Source: an uncultured Pseudanabaenaceae cyanobacterium
Lineage (GTDB): Bacteria > Cyanobacteriota > Cyanobacteriia > PCC-9006 > JAAUQQ01
Assembly (NCBI GenBank): GCA_938021205.1
Contig: CALIGI010000048.1
Location: 1-63,789, forward strand
Direction: 5' to 3'
Length of the DNA stretch: 63,789 nt
This document shows positions 9,862 through 21,505 of this stretch, one piece after another. The translations under genes and the position numbers were made by a program. The notes beneath the pieces are model-generated. The model was not told the DNA's origin and did not search any database. It saw nothing but the letters and a program-made list of their open reading frames with translations. The first letter of the stretch is position 1. Every line of letters starts with the position of its first letter.

Positions 9862-11412
9862 ATGAAATCAATAATGGTGGTGGGCGCCACCTCCCATGCG
9901 GGTAAATCTTTGATGACGGCAGCAATTTGCCGCATTCTTGCCCGTCAAGGCTGGCGCGTGGCCCCGTTTAAGGGCCAGAACATGGCACTTAATTCCTATG
10001 TCACCTCCAGTGGTGGCGAAATTGGCTATGCCCAGGCATTGCAAGCCTGGGCCGCTGGGGTCACCCCTCGGATTGAAATGAACCCCATCTTGCTCAAGCC
10101 CCAGGGAGACATGACTTCCCAGGTGATTATGGGTGGACGAGTTGTGGGTAATGTGACCGCTCAAGATTACTACGAGCGCTATTTCCAGCCTGGCTGGCAG
10201 GTGATTGAAGAGTCCCTGCGCCGTTTGGGAGCAGAATTTGACATCGTTGTCTGTGAGGGGGCTGGTAGCCCGGCGGAGATCAACCTCAAGCACCGTGACT
10301 TAGCCAATATGCGAGTGGCGCAGCATGTTAACGCTGCGACGCTGCTGGTGGTGGATATTGATCGAGGGGGCGCTTTTGCCCATGTTGTTGGCACGCTGGA
10401 GCTACTGGAGCCGGAGGAGCGAGCCCTGATTAAGGGCGTCATTATTAACAAGTTCCGGGGCCAGCGCTCTATCTTACAGCCCGGTATTGATTGGCTGGAG
10501 GAGCGCACGGGGATTCCTGTGCTGGGGGTTATTCCCTACATGACTGGGTTTTTCCCTTCGGAGGACTCCCTGGACCTCATGGAGCGCCGGAGTCGCAAGA
10601 CTAATGCTGAGCTGCAAATTTCCGTGGTGCGCCTGCCCCGTATTTCCAATTTTACGGACTTTGATCCGTTAGAAGCGGAACCTTCTGTCTCGATTAAGTA
10701 TGTTGATCCCCGCGATCCTCTGGGCTATCCCGATGCGGTGATCTTGCCAGGCTCTAAGACCACTATTCCTGATCTCCTGGCGCTGCAAAAGAGCGGTATG
10801 GCTGAGGAAATTAAAACTTACGCTGCTTCTGGTGGCACTGTACTGGGTATTTGTGGTGGATTCCAGATGATGGGCCGCATTCTGGCAGATCCTGAAGGTA
10901 TTGAAGGCCAAGAAGGTCGTTTTCAGGGGCTTGATTTGATGCCTATTCGCACACTCATCGCTGGGGCAAAGATTGCTCGCCAGCGCATGGTGAGTTCAAA
11001 TTATCCCCAGGAGGGGCTACCGGTGGTGGGCTATGAGCTACACCATGGCCGTAGCCAGCTCCTCGATGGAGAGACACAACAGCGCTCCAGTGGTAGTTTA
11101 GGCAGCCCTACGACGGTTGCATCTGCTTCCTCGGTGGTTGATGCGGTGGCTCACCATGCTCTGTTTGATGATGCCAGTTTGGGCTTGGTGGATGATACCC
11201 AGTCCATTTGGGGGACCTATCTCCACGGTATTTTTGATAATGGTCCCTGGCGGCGAGCCTGGCTCAACCGTTTGCGCCAGCAGCGGGGGCTGAAGGCACT
11301 CCCCACAGGAATCGCCAACTACCGTAATGAGCGGGAAAAAATGTTGGATGAGCTGGCTAAGACGGTGTCAGAACATTTAGATCTGTCGAAGATCATGGAT
11401 GGTTTGAAGTAG
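9862..11412 (+). CDS. cobQ: Cobyric acid synthase
   Basis: GATSHAGKS, PFKGQNMALNS, EGAGSPAEINL, DIDRGG, ISNFTDFDPL, GICGGFQM, GTYLHG. Confidence 0.97.
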   Translation: MKSIMVVGATSHAGKSLMTAAICRILARQGWRVAPFKGQNMALNSYVTSSGGEIGYAQALQAWAAGVTPRIEMNPILLKPQGDMTSQVIMGGRVVGNVTAQDYYERYFQPGWQVIEESLRRLGAEFDIVVCEGAGSPAEINLKHRDLANMRVAQHVNAATLLVVDIDRGGAFAHVVGTLELLEPEERALIKGVIINKFRGQRSILQPGIDWLEERTGIPVLGVIPYMTGFFPSEDSLDLMERRSRKTNAELQISVVRLPRISNFTDFDPLEAEPSVSIKYVDPRDPLGYPDAVILPGSKTTIPDLLALQKSGMAEEIKTYAASGGTVLGICGGFQMMGRILADPEGIEGQEGRFQGLDLMPIRTLIAGAKIARQRMVSSNYPQEGLPVVGYELHHGRSQLLDGETQQRSSGSLGSPTTVASASSVVDAVAHHALFDDASLGLVDDTQSIWGTYLHGIFDNGPWRRAWLNRLRQQRGLKALPTGIANYRNEREKMLDELAKTVSEHLDLSKIMDGLK

Positions 11413-11448
11413 CGTTTGGCTGCTTTGTAGGTTGGGGTTGGGCATTCG

Positions 11449-11874
11449 TTAGTTGCGGAAGCGAGCGCTCCAAGAGCGCCAAAACCCACCAATCACCATG
11501 CCCATGATCACTACGGAACTGGGTTCGGATAGGAGAGTGGGGGGCAGCAATGCCCCAAAGAAATACTTTGCTAAGAGCCAGCGTAGGATCAACAGCAGGG
11601 TGGTGCTGCCAATGAGCGTCCAAGCAAGGTTGATCGCTAGATAGCCGTTATTCTGCCGTCGCCATAGCTCTGTGGTGGCGATGCCCAAAAGTGCTCCCCC
11701 CAGCAAGTTCATTGCGAGCAGAAATCCTGGCGAGATGCTCCCCAGTCCAGCCCGCCCACCCAGGGCTAGGACTATCGCCCATTCGATCGCCACCACCCCG
11801 GCGACAACGATGATTGCCGTGCGCAAGGTTGCCCCCCAGGGAAGCTGTTTTAAGCTGTGGATTGGGTTGGGCAA
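11449..11874 (-). CDS. Hypothetical 4-TM membrane protein
   Basis: 141 aa with four hydrophobic segments; 22 bp downstream of the co-oriented neighbour. Confidence 0.7.
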   Translation of the reverse strand: MPNPIHSLKQLPWGATLRTAIIVVAGVVAIEWAIVLALGGRAGLGSISPGFLLAMNLLGGALLGIATTELWRRQNNGYLAINLAWTLIGSTTLLLILRWLLAKYFFGALLPPTLLSEPSSVVIMGMVIGGFWRSWSARFRN

Positions 11875-11895
11875 TGTCCTTTAGACCTCTTGTGG

Positions 11896-12213
11896 TTAAA
11901 CCTCTTCATCATCGAGGTATGCCACACTGATGGCCCCCAAGATGAAGGCAAACACCATGGGGAGGGGGTTATTCAAGCCGTAGGTTGCAAATCCTGCTGC
12001 AATCGTGACTGTGACTGCTATGCCATACCACCGCTTCTCCACTGGGCTGAGGCCCTGTTCGCGCTTAATCGCATGGAGCACGTCGTAGGGACTGGGTTGG
12101 GGCATTACGGCCCCAGGGGGAAAGCCCCAGTAGCGATATCGCTCTAGGAAAATATCGGTCCAACCATTTTCGTTAGACCAGTCTTGAATCCAATGGTGGG
12201 CGTACTTTTTCAT
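11896..12213 (-). CDS. Conserved cyanobacterial small membrane protein (slr1957-like)
   Basis: WIQDWSNENGWTD...YWGFPPGAVMPQP motif plus two C-terminal TM helices. Confidence 0.7.
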   Translation of the reverse strand: MKKYAHHWIQDWSNENGWTDIFLERYRYWGFPPGAVMPQPSPYDVLHAIKREQGLSPVEKRWYGIAVTVTIAAGFATYGLNNPLPMVFAFILGAISVAYLDDEEV

Positions 12214-12855
12214 GCTTGAAGGTCGATGTCATCAAAAGAAGGGCTGAGCTGGCTTGAATCTTTGGGGGCTATGGATTCGGAGGCCCAGCTCTCTAAGGGG
12301 CGGACCGCATCAGTTGAATGACGAGGCCTGAATGCAAATTGGGTCCTTTCGTAACAGGACTTTGCATTGAATGCGGGTTCACTCCTCTAGAAATAACAGT
12401 ATCTTTGGGAGAGGGGCTGATCCCTATATTAAAGTTTACCTGGCTCCCTGTTCATGATGGTTTGCGGCGATCTTGCTCAAGATTTCTTTACGTCATGATG
12501 CCCTGGTAAAAGAAACTGGTGGAGCGAGGATGAATACTCCGAGGCAGAGGTCTTGGGCGATGGGGCGCGACCCGATTGGGATGGGGCACCTGTTTCGTCC
12601 CGGAGCGACGGCTCGGTCTGTGGTCTTGGGGCTGGAGCGATCGCCGCTGTGGTTCATCTGGCCCATTGTCTACCGGCTGAAAGGCTTGCCCGATGCTGCT
12701 TGAGGCGCGACTTTTGGCGATTGCATTCGCTTCGAAAATGCTCTATTGTCCATCCTAACAAGGACTGATTCGGCCACAGCTTTTGGGTTGCCAGCTTAGA
12801 ATCAGCAGCAGGCTTGGAACGCGAGTGCATTCGGTTGTAGGGGAGACCAAAATCT

Positions 12856-14403
12856 GTGAGTGACTTGGAACCAATTCAGCGGAGTCGATTGGGCGAAATT
12901 GGCCACCTCCTTGCTAAGGCCCGCGAAGAGAAAGGATTAACCCTGGAAGAGGTCTCAGGTAAGACCCTGATTCGGGCTGCTATCCTCAGGGCGATCGAGG
13001 AAGGGGATGAGCGCCCATTGCCTGAACCTGTGTACATCCGAGGCTTTATTCGCCGATTTGGTGATTTGGTTGGCCTTAATGGTATGGAGCTTTGCGATAG
13101 CTTTCCATGGCAGCCTTCGGGGTCCGTACCCCTTTCTTTTGTCTCTGCTGGGAATATCGTCGCAGCGACCCCTGCCGTGGCCCAGCCTGTCGCGACTGAG
13201 CCTGCGCCGCAGGAATCTGTCGAGGCGGCAGCCCCGATCACCTCTGAGCCGCAGGTTGAGCCAGGTGTGATTGAGGTTTCTGAAGGTGCGGCGCTGGATT
13301 TAGACTCTCCCGAGAACCTTTTGGCTGGGGATGTGTTGAGTGGGGATGAGGATGCCCCGTTGGCAGAGTCTACTCGGGAGGTGACTGAAGCCTTCGATTC
13401 TGTTGCAGCGCCTGCTGTCGAGGATCTAGAGGTCAATGCTCCTGGGCAAAATGAAGCTGCATCCATTGCTGATATTGCAGTCGATGAGCCCGAGGAAGCC
13501 GTTTCTTGGGAGCAGGCGACTGTGGAGGAGCCGGTGGCGGTTGTGGAGGAGCCGGTGGCGGTTGAAGAGCTGCTCACCCTGGATGAGCCCGTTCTAGACT
13601 CCGATTCGGTTGGAGAGTCGGCATTGCCTGAGCATGAATCGGCCTATGACAGTCGAGCGGCTTTGTTTGGCAATGATACTGAACAGGTTGATGCTTCTGG
13701 TGCGGCGGCTGTTACGGGGGGAGGAGCGGCGATCGCTGCTCAAAGCCAAGCCCTCGATAGCAATACCGGAGCGGCAGCGATGGGGAGTGAAAAATCCATT
13801 GCGACTAATGCTTCTGCGGGAGCAGGGATGGCCACGTTGCCTCCTCCTCCAGTGCCGGTCATGTACCGCGAGCCGGAACGGCGTAACCTCATGCCTTGGA
13901 TCTTGGCCTTGGTGGCGGGGGCGGTAGGGCTAGGCATTACAGCCCTGGCGTTTGGAGGGGGCAATCGTCAAAATTCTCCCAATGTGGCAAATGCCCCTGC
14001 CCCGATCGAGCAGGTTGAGACGGCTGGTAATGGAGCCGTTGGTAACGGAGCTGTTGGTAACGGGGCCGTTGGTAATAGTGTCCCTGGGAGTGAGGCTCCA
14101 GCTGCTGCTCCCACTGCTCCTAAAGCCGCAGTCCCATCTAACAAGGTCGTTCTGGAGCTGGAAGTCAAGGGGACGGAAGAAGCCTGGATGGATGTATTGG
14201 TGGATGGTGAGCTGCAAATTGAAGGCAATCAAGTGCCTGGCTTTAAACAGCGCTGGGAGGGCAAGCAAGAGATTGAACTTGCCACGGCCCGCCCCGATAT
14301 GGTTTGGATCTCGGTCAACGGCAGTAAGCCTCAGCCCTTTGGTAAATTTGAAGAAGCCAAGCCGGTGAAGATTGGTGGCTTTAAGCCTGCTAATGCTGAG
14401 TAG
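12856..14403 (+). CDS. rodZ: RodZ-family cell-shape protein (HTH, acidic linker, TM, DUF4115)
   Basis: AREEKGLTLEEVSGKTLIR...IEEG...LPEPVYIRGFIRRFG HTH; TM; C-terminal AWMDVLVDG...VWISVNG domain. Confidence 0.85.
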   Translation: MSDLEPIQRSRLGEIGHLLAKAREEKGLTLEEVSGKTLIRAAILRAIEEGDERPLPEPVYIRGFIRRFGDLVGLNGMELCDSFPWQPSGSVPLSFVSAGNIVAATPAVAQPVATEPAPQESVEAAAPITSEPQVEPGVIEVSEGAALDLDSPENLLAGDVLSGDEDAPLAESTREVTEAFDSVAAPAVEDLEVNAPGQNEAASIADIAVDEPEEAVSWEQATVEEPVAVVEEPVAVEELLTLDEPVLDSDSVGESALPEHESAYDSRAALFGNDTEQVDASGAAAVTGGGAAIAAQSQALDSNTGAAAMGSEKSIATNASAGAGMATLPPPPVPVMYREPERRNLMPWILALVAGAVGLGITALAFGGGNRQNSPNVANAPAPIEQVETAGNGAVGNGAVGNGAVGNSVPGSEAPAAAPTAPKAAVPSNKVVLELEVKGTEEAWMDVLVDGELQIEGNQVPGFKQRWEGKQEIELATARPDMVWISVNGSKPQPFGKFEEAKPVKIGGFKPANAE

Positions 14404-15665
14404 TGCCTAGCTGTGATGGTTTGAATAACGATGGCTCGCTAGGCAACTTTGCTTTGCAGTCTGCTTCAGAAGAGGCTGAGTCTAAGGCTGCTTCAGTCCC
14501 CCAGATTTTGATTCTGGGGGGCTGCGGTCGGATTGGTGCCTCGGTGGCATTGGACTTGCTACACCACAGTCAAGCTGAGTTGTGCCTGGCAAGTCGTAAT
14601 CCCCAATGCCCAGCGGTCATTGCTGCCTTTGCCCATCGCATTCAGCTACTGCGTTTGGATTTGAACGATTCTGAGTCCCTAGAGCAGGCGATTGTTGGGT
14701 CAGCTTCCCATAGCCTGGAGGCTCAGTCCCATGGCTACGATTTGATCATTCATTGCGCAGGCCCCTTTCGTCAGCGCGATTTGGCGGTGTTGCGCGCCTG
14801 CATTGCTGCTGGGGTGAATTACTTGGATGTGAGTGATAGTCCTGATTATGTGCGGGAGGCCCTTGAGCTGAAGGATGAGGCGATCGCCGCTGGTATCACC
14901 GCGATCGTTAGCACCGGCGTATTCCCCGGCCTATCCAATAGCATGGCTCGCTTGGCTGCGGAGCAGTTTGAGCGTTTAGATGACTTGCAACTCAATTATG
15001 TGGTGGCGGGCTCTGGTGGGGCGGGTAAAACGGTGATGCGCACCACCTTTTTGGAATTACAAACGCCGTTTCCAGCTTGGATCGAGGGTCAATGGCAAGC
15101 GGTCTCGCCCTACAGTGATCGCGAACGGGTGGAATTTTTATCTCCCTACGGAAAATCCTCGGTTTATTGGTTTAGCACCAGCGAAGCGGCGACCTTGCCA
15201 AAAAGTTTTGCCTGCAACAATGTCGTCACAAAGTTTGGCTCATTACCCCATCTCTATAACGTTTTGACGGGGGCAATGACCTGGAAACCCTTGGAAAAAT
15301 GGCTGCAAAATCCTGCGGTGGTTGAGGAGCTGGCGACGGTGAGCTATGCCATGACCCAAGTGAGCGATCGCTTCAGTGGCGTGGGTTTGGCGATGCAGGT
15401 CTTAGCGACTGGCATTCCCGTGGCTGGAAATCTGTCAGAATCTTTTCCCAGCAAGGATTGTACCGCTTGCTATCAAGTAGACTTTTGCGCTGATAATACA
15501 GCGATCGCCGCAGGCCAGGGTACGGGCATGGTGGCGGTAGATTTACTCACTGCTCGGTTGCACAAGCCCGGCGTTTGGCCGGTGGAACAAGCGGTTTCGA
15601 CGGCACTATTTTTAGAGGCTTTAGAGCCTAGGAGTCTAGAGATCATCCAGCGATGGCGTTCATGA
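14403..15665 (+). CDS. Saccharopine dehydrogenase-like NAD(P)-dependent oxidoreductase
   Basis: ILGGCGRIG Rossmann motif, HCAGPF, NYLDVSD, TGVFPGLSN; start uncertain. Confidence 0.85.
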   Translation: MPSCDGLNNDGSLGNFALQSASEEAESKAASVPQILILGGCGRIGASVALDLLHHSQAELCLASRNPQCPAVIAAFAHRIQLLRLDLNDSESLEQAIVGSASHSLEAQSHGYDLIIHCAGPFRQRDLAVLRACIAAGVNYLDVSDSPDYVREALELKDEAIAAGITAIVSTGVFPGLSNSMARLAAEQFERLDDLQLNYVVAGSGGAGKTVMRTTFLELQTPFPAWIEGQWQAVSPYSDRERVEFLSPYGKSSVYWFSTSEAATLPKSFACNNVVTKFGSLPHLYNVLTGAMTWKPLEKWLQNPAVVEELATVSYAMTQVSDRFSGVGLAMQVLATGIPVAGNLSESFPSKDCTACYQVDFCADNTAIAAGQGTGMVAVDLLTARLHKPGVWPVEQAVSTALFLEALEPRSLEIIQRWRS

Positions 15666-15813
15666 GCGGTGAGGCTAAAATTTCAGGCTTTCTCCGCGAA
15701 TTGTGACAGTCCGAAGTGGTTTTTTGAACAGGGGTAGTACCGCAGTGCTAGGATTGCCTGGGAAAGAAGAACCGAGTTACAGATTCAGAAGAGAAGAAGG
15801 AAGATAGAAGTAG

Positions 15814-17967
15814 ATGCAAGAAATAGACAAGTCAATATCCTTCGATGGTAGGGATATTAGGCTCAAGGTCGGCCTACTCGCTCCACAGGCCGGGGGTTGT
15901 GTCCTCATCGAGTCTGGAGATACTTCGGTCATGGTGACCGCAACCCAAGGTACAGGCCGTCCTGGTTTGGACTTTCTGCCCCTATTGGTTGACTACGAAG
16001 AGCGGATGTATGCCGCTGGCAAAATTCCCGGTGGTTTCCTCCGCCGTGAAGGTCGTCCTCCCGAGAAGGCGACGCTCACTTGCCGCTTGATTGATCGTCC
16101 CATGCGCCCCCTGTTTCCTCAGTGGATTCGTGATGACATTCAAATCGTGGCAACAACGCTCTCCTTGGATGAGAACGTTCCCCCTGATGTTCTGGCGGTA
16201 ACGGGTGCCTCCATTGCCACCCTGCTAGCGCAGATCCCTTTCTACGGCCCCATGGCCGCTGTGCGGGTTGGCTTAGTTGGCGATGACTTCATCATCAACC
16301 CCACCTACGCGGAAATTGAAGAGGGTGAGCTGGACCTTGTGGTGGCGGGTACCGCCGAAGGCATCATCATGGTGGAAGCTGGGGCGAAGGAATTGCCCGA
16401 GCAGGACGTGATTGAAGCGATCGACTTCGGTTACGAAGCGGTGCAGGACTTGCTCAAAGCTCAAACTGAGTTGCTAGCCGAGTTGGGGATTACCCATGAG
16501 CCTCCCGCGACGCCTGAAAAGGACACCACCATCGAAGATTACGTCACCAAACAGTCCACCAAGGCTGTGCAAAAGGTGATTGATGCCCAGGGTGCTAAGG
16601 TCGAACGCACCGAAGCCCTGGACGCAATCAAGGCTGGCTTGGCTGAGAAGATTGCTGGGTTGAAAGAAAGCGACGCCGTGCGCGTTGCCTATGAAGCCAA
16701 CAGCAAGGTTCTGGGTGATGCCTTCAAGGGCCTAACCAAGAAGCTGATGCGTCAGCAGGTGATCAAGAAGAACACCCGCATTGACGGTCGTGCTTTGGAT
16801 GAAGTGCGCAAAATTGATTGTCAGGTGGGAATTCTGCCTGAGCGGGTCCATGGCTGCGGCCTGTTCCAGCGAGGCCTGACTCAAGTCATGTCCATTGCAA
16901 CTCTGGGTACCCCCGGCGATGCTCAGATGATGGATGACCTCAACCCCACCATCAATGAAAAGCGCTACATCCACCACTACAACTTCCCGCCTTATTCCGT
17001 AGGTGAAGCGCGTCCCATGCGCTCTGCGGGCCGTCGGGAAGTGGGTCACGGTGCCCTGGCTGAGCGGGCATTGTTGCCGGTGTTGCCCTCTAATGAGAGC
17101 TTCCCCTATGTGTTGCGGGTCGTTTCGGAGATTCTGTCCTCCGACGGTTCCACTTCCATGGGCTCGGTTTGCGGTTCTACCCTGGCATTGATGAATGCGG
17201 GTGTGCCCATCTCTAAGCCTGTGAGTGGTGCCGCCATGGGTTTGATTAAGGAGGGCGATGATGTTCGCATCCTGACCGATATTCAGGCCATTGAGGATTT
17301 CCTCGGTGACATGGACTTTAAGGTGGCCGGTACCGAAGACGGTATTACTGCCTTGCAAATGGATATGAAGATCCACGGCTTAGCGATGGAGAACATCGCT
17401 GAGGCGATTGAGAATGCTCTGCCTGCAAGGATGCATATCCTGGGCAAGATGCTTGAGGCGATCGCCGAGCCTGCGGAGAAGATGTCCAACTATGCGCCTC
17501 GCTTGCTGACGCTCAAGATTCCGCCCGAGATGATCGGCATGGTCATTGGACCTGGCGGCAAGATGATCAAGAGCATCACCGAGCGCACGGGGGCTAAGGT
17601 GGACATTGAGGATGACGGCACTGTGGTGGTTTCTGCCATGGATGCCCAGGGTGCTGAACAGGCCTACGGAATCATTGAGGGTATGACCCGCAAGGTTTCC
17701 CCCGGTGATGTTTACCTGGGCAAGGTCATGCGCATCATCCCCATCGGTGCATTTGTGCAATTCCTGCCCGGTAAGGAAGGCATGATTCACATTTCCCAGC
17801 TTGCGGACTACCGCGTCGGTAAGGTGGAAGATGAGGTCTCTGTGGGAGATTCTGTGGTGATTAAGGTGCGGGAAATTGATAGCCGCAACCGCATTAACTT
17901 GACTCGCTTGGGCATTGAGCCTGAAGAAGAAGAGCGGGTTCGTGCTGCGGGTTCTGCGGTGGTGTAG
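15814..17967 (+). CDS. pnp: Polyribonucleotide nucleotidyltransferase (PNPase)
   Basis: [47 protein letters not shown] (VIGPGGK) and S1 domains. Confidence 0.98.
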   Translation: MQEIDKSISFDGRDIRLKVGLLAPQAGGCVLIESGDTSVMVTATQGTGRPGLDFLPLLVDYEERMYAAGKIPGGFLRREGRPPEKATLTCRLIDRPMRPLFPQWIRDDIQIVATTLSLDENVPPDVLAVTGASIATLLAQIPFYGPMAAVRVGLVGDDFIINPTYAEIEEGELDLVVAGTAEGIIMVEAGAKELPEQDVIEAIDFGYEAVQDLLKAQTELLAELGITHEPPATPEKDTTIEDYVTKQSTKAVQKVIDAQGAKVERTEALDAIKAGLAEKIAGLKESDAVRVAYEANSKVLGDAFKGLTKKLMRQQVIKKNTRIDGRALDEVRKIDCQVGILPERVHGCGLFQRGLTQVMSIATLGTPGDAQMMDDLNPTINEKRYIHHYNFPPYSVGEARPMRSAGRREVGHGALAERALLPVLPSNESFPYVLRVVSEILSSDGSTSMGSVCGSTLALMNAGVPISKPVSGAAMGLIKEGDDVRILTDIQAIEDFLGDMDFKVAGTEDGITALQMDMKIHGLAMENIAEAIENALPARMHILGKMLEAIAEPAEKMSNYAPRLLTLKIPPEMIGMVIGPGGKMIKSITERTGAKVDIEDDGTVVVSAMDAQGAEQAYGIIEGMTRKVSPGDVYLGKVMRIIPIGAFVQFLPGKEGMIHISQLADYRVGKVEDEVSVGDSVVIKVREIDSRNRINLTRLGIEPEEEERVRAAGSAVV

Positions 17968-18000
17968 TCCCAGACCTTCTAAGCTGATTGCTTCTAGTGC

Positions 18001-18036
18001 AAAGTCCCGAGTCAGGAATGGCTCGGGATTTTTGTT
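18001..18036 (+). terminator. Rho-independent terminator of pnp
   Basis: AAAGTCCCGAGTC-AGGAAT-GGCTCGGGATTTTT. Confidence 0.8.
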
Positions 18037-18121
18037 TAAGTTTGGGATGGCTAGGTCAAGTTACTTTCGCTTAAGCTGCAAGGTAGGGGCTTGACCCATG
18101 ATTGTTGCAATTGGCTAGGCC

Positions 18122-21100
18122 ATGGTGAGTCCGTTGTTCAGAAAGTATCCACTTCGACGAATCTTGATTGTGGGATTTGTTTTGCCTTTAATGGGCACGG
18201 TGTTCTGGATTCGCTATTTGGCCTGGCGAGATGAGCAGCGAGCAGTGGAGCAATTGGTTGGGCAGTTGCAGAGGCGGGTGGGGGAGCGTATTCAAGAGCG
18301 ACTGCTTCGCTTCACTGAAGCACCACTGCGGGCAACGGACTTTATGGAGCTGGCCCTAGAGCGAGGAGAATTAGACCCGGAGCGATTGGATACTTGGGGG
18401 CCTTACCTGTTTGATCAAGGTCAATTGTTTGATTCTCTAACTTATTTGTATTTTGGTAATCCCCAAGGAGACTATGTTGAGCTGGTGCAGCAGCCAACCC
18501 TGGAAGATCGGGTGATTTTTACGAACGGGCAGCAGTCGGAAGTCTCCGTTTTCTTAAGTCCTAACGTTGGTGCTTCGCCTCTACAGCAGGCCGTTGAAGA
18601 GCCATATGATCCTAGAACCCGTCCTTGGTATAAAGCAGCAGAAGGAGGTAAAAGCGTCTGGACTGAAATCTATGAGATCGCAGGTTCAGAACTGGTAGGG
18701 ATTCCTGCGTCCCTAGGGTTAGGCTTTGTGCGACCTGATATCGCTGATGATCACCAGACTCTAAGAGGGGTCATAGGTGCAGATTTTATCTTGACTGATA
18801 TCAATCGCTTCTTGCGGGGGCTGTCTATTGGTAAGTCTGGAGAGGCACTGTTGCTAGATCGCGATGGCACTGTCATCGCGAGTTCGTTGGAACAACCCCC
18901 ACTCCATGCTGATGGCACGCCAGCCCAGGTGACAGAGGTCGCAGATGAATTGATTCAGACGACGGGCCGTTACTTATTGAATGAATTTGGAGGGAATCTG
19001 CTTCGTGTGAATCATCCTCGCACGATGAACTTTCGGGAAAAGACGGGCGATCGCCAGTTGCTCCAGGTCATTCCCTTTGTGGACCCGAGGGGATTGGACT
19101 GGTTGATTGTGGTGGTGGTGCCTGAGTCGGACTTTACTGAGAGCATTTGGGAGGATGCGCGCACCACGTTGCTGCTGTCCTTAGGGATTCTGGGGATTGC
19201 CATGCTGTTGGCGACTTGGATTGCCCACCGTCTGGGTTATGCGACAGCCAGCTTGAGCCAGGCCTGTGAGGCGATCGCCCTGGGAGATTTAGCACAGGAT
19301 GTGACAGGCTCCCCAATTGCGGAATTGGACAGCTTGGCTCACAGCTTCAACCACATGAGTCGCCAGCTCCAGCAATCCTATGCTCAGCTAGAAGATTACT
19401 CCCAAGGGCTGGAGGTCAAGGTGGCTGAGCGTACCCAGGAGCTGGCCCAGGAAGTGGAGGTGCGTCGCCAGGCTGAAGTGGCGATTCGCCAGAGTGAGCA
19501 ACGCTATCGCAGTTTATTTGAGGATGCGCCGATTTCCCTGTGGGAAGAGGATCTCTCGGAGGTTAAAGCTCACGTAGAGCATGAGCTAGGGACTGAGCCG
19601 TACCATGATCTCGTTCGCTCTGTGGCTGAGAAAGCTGGCCTGCTTGAGGCCTGTGTGCAGCGAATTCGAGTGTTGAAGGTCAACCAGGCTTCCCTCGATC
19701 TATTTGATTTGCACTCTCAGGATGAGTTGGTGAGGCGGTTGTCCCAGTCCCATTCGCCCCAGTTTCTCGCGGATTTCAACACGGAATTAACCGCGTTGTT
19801 ACAGGGCAAGCGCTGTTTTGAATTAGAAACGATCGCTTCCATGCCCCAGGGGGAGTCAAAGCATTTGCTCGTGCGAGGATTTGTTGTAGAAGGCCATGAA
19901 GCGGACTGGTCCCGTGTGTTGATTTCCATGTTGGACTTAACAGCTCGGAAGCGGGCTGAGGCTGAAATGCGGTTGGCTAAGGAGGCCGCTGAGGTGGCCA
20001 ATCAGGCTAAGAGTGAATTCCTGGCCAATATGAGCCATGAGTTGCGATCGCCCCTTAATGCCATCCTCGGTTTTGCCCGGTTGATGGGCCGCAGCCACAG
20101 TTTGCCCATGGATCATCGGGAGAATGCGACGATCATTCAGCGCAGTGGCGAGACCTTACTCAATTTGATTAATGATGTTTTAGACATGTCAAAAATTGAG
20201 TCGGGTCGAGTGGTTTACAGTCCCGTAGAGTTTGATCTCCATCTATTGCTCCAGGAGGTTCGGGGGATGTTTTTGCTCCAGGCCCAAGAAAAACAGCTAG
20301 ATCTGAATCTAGAACTAGATCCAGGACTGCCCCGCGTGATCCGTACCGATCAGGGTAAGCTACGCCAAATTTTGACGAATCTGCTCAGTAATGCAGTGAA
20401 GTTTACCTCGATGGGCAATGTCACCTTGCGGTTCTCTGCTCGCCTAGACTTTGCTGAGAGAGTGGGGGAGCCTCAAGGGGAGGTAACCCAAGTGGAGGCT
20501 GCCCAGTTGGAGGCTGCCCAGGGGGCGAGCTTGGATGCTTCAGGGCTTGAGCGGTGGGTGTTGCGCTGTGAAGTTGAAGATACAGGACCCGGTATCTCGG
20601 ATGAGGAGCTAGAGATAGTGTTTGAACCCTTCACCCAAACTGAATCAGGACGTCTTTCCCAGGAAGGCACGGGCCTAGGGTTGCCCATTAGTCGACAGTT
20701 TGCCCAGCTCTTGGGAGGAGACTTGAGCGTGATGAGTCCAGTCTCTCCAGTGACTCGACAACGAACGGGGACGATTGCCATTCTCACTTTTAAAGCAGCC
20801 ATGGGGGAGGGGGAGTTGTGGGCGCAAGAATCCCCTCGCCGTGTGATTGCTCTGGAGCCCGGCCAACAGCAATTTCGAATTTTAGTGGTGGATGACAAGG
20901 CCGAGAATCGTCAGTTGCTACAGCAGCTCTTGCAACCCGTTGGCTTTGCCCTGCGGACGGCGAGCGATGGAGAGGAGGCGATCGCCCAAACCTTAGATTG
21001 GCAGCCCCATTTGATCTGGATGGACCTGCGCATGGCCAATCTAGATGGCTTTAGCGCCACTCGCCAGATTCGCGCTGCTGAGCCCCTACTGACTCGACCC

Positions 21101-21505
21101 CAGATCATTGCCATTAGTGCCAATCGCTTTGAGGATGAGAAGCAACGTGCTTTGGCTGTGGGGTGCGATGATTTTTTGCGTAAGCCCTTCGAAGCCCCCC
21201 AACTGTTTGAGATGATGAAGCAAGCTTTGGGGGTGAGGTATTTGTACGAAGCTGATGGCGCTGAACTTGAGCCCCCTGGCAGTAATGTGGTGCTTGATGC
21301 AGCGGCGCTCCAACGTTTATCCCCCGAGTTACGCCAGGCGTTGGAATTGGCAGCCAGGCGGATTGATTGGGACCAGTTGTTTCACCTTATTACCGAGGTG
21401 CGTCAGGATGATGTCACCCTGGCGGATGATTTGAGTCAGGTGGTTCAGGATTTTGAATATGGCAAGCTGCTCCAGGGACTGGGCGTAGAGGAGGAGAGTC
21501 CATAA
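18122..21505 (+). CDS. Hybrid sensor histidine kinase (Cache, HAMP, PAS-like, HisKA, HATPase, REC)
   Basis: YDPRTRPWY Cache motif, [31 protein letters not shown]-box, NAVKFT, DTGPGI, GTGLGL, REC IWMDLRM. Confidence 0.93.
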   Translation: MVSPLFRKYPLRRILIVGFVLPLMGTVFWIRYLAWRDEQRAVEQLVGQLQRRVGERIQERLLRFTEAPLRATDFMELALERGELDPERLDTWGPYLFDQGQLFDSLTYLYFGNPQGDYVELVQQPTLEDRVIFTNGQQSEVSVFLSPNVGASPLQQAVEEPYDPRTRPWYKAAEGGKSVWTEIYEIAGSELVGIPASLGLGFVRPDIADDHQTLRGVIGADFILTDINRFLRGLSIGKSGEALLLDRDGTVIASSLEQPPLHADGTPAQVTEVADELIQTTGRYLLNEFGGNLLRVNHPRTMNFREKTGDRQLLQVIPFVDPRGLDWLIVVVVPESDFTESIWEDARTTLLLSLGILGIAMLLATWIAHRLGYATASLSQACEAIALGDLAQDVTGSPIAELDSLAHSFNHMSRQLQQSYAQLEDYSQGLEVKVAERTQELAQEVEVRRQAEVAIRQSEQRYRSLFEDAPISLWEEDLSEVKAHVEHELGTEPYHDLVRSVAEKAGLLEACVQRIRVLKVNQASLDLFDLHSQDELVRRLSQSHSPQFLADFNTELTALLQGKRCFELETIASMPQGESKHLLVRGFVVEGHEADWSRVLISMLDLTARKRAEAEMRLAKEAAEVANQAKSEFLANMSHELRSPLNAILGFARLMGRSHSLPMDHRENATIIQRSGETLLNLINDVLDMSKIESGRVVYSPVEFDLHLLLQEVRGMFLLQAQEKQLDLNLELDPGLPRVIRTDQGKLRQILTNLLSNAVKFTSMGNVTLRFSARLDFAERVGEPQGEVTQVEAAQLEAAQGASLDASGLERWVLRCEVEDTGPGISDEELEIVFEPFTQTESGRLSQEGTGLGLPISRQFAQLLGGDLSVMSPVSPVTRQRTGTIAILTFKAAMGEGELWAQESPRRVIALEPGQQQFRILVVDDKAENRQLLQQLLQPVGFALRTASDGEEAIAQTLDWQPHLIWMDLRMANLDGFSATRQIRAAEPLLTRPQIIAISANRFEDEKQRALAVGCDDFLRKPFEAPQLFEMMKQALGVRYLYEADGAELEPPGSNVVLDAAALQRLSPELRQALELAARRIDWDQLFHLITEVRQDDVTLADDLSQVVQDFEYGKLLQGLGVEEESP

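Noticed and set aside
16273-17790. Antisense ORFs within pnp
   Set aside because: Same shadow effect; fully overlapped by a confident core gene.
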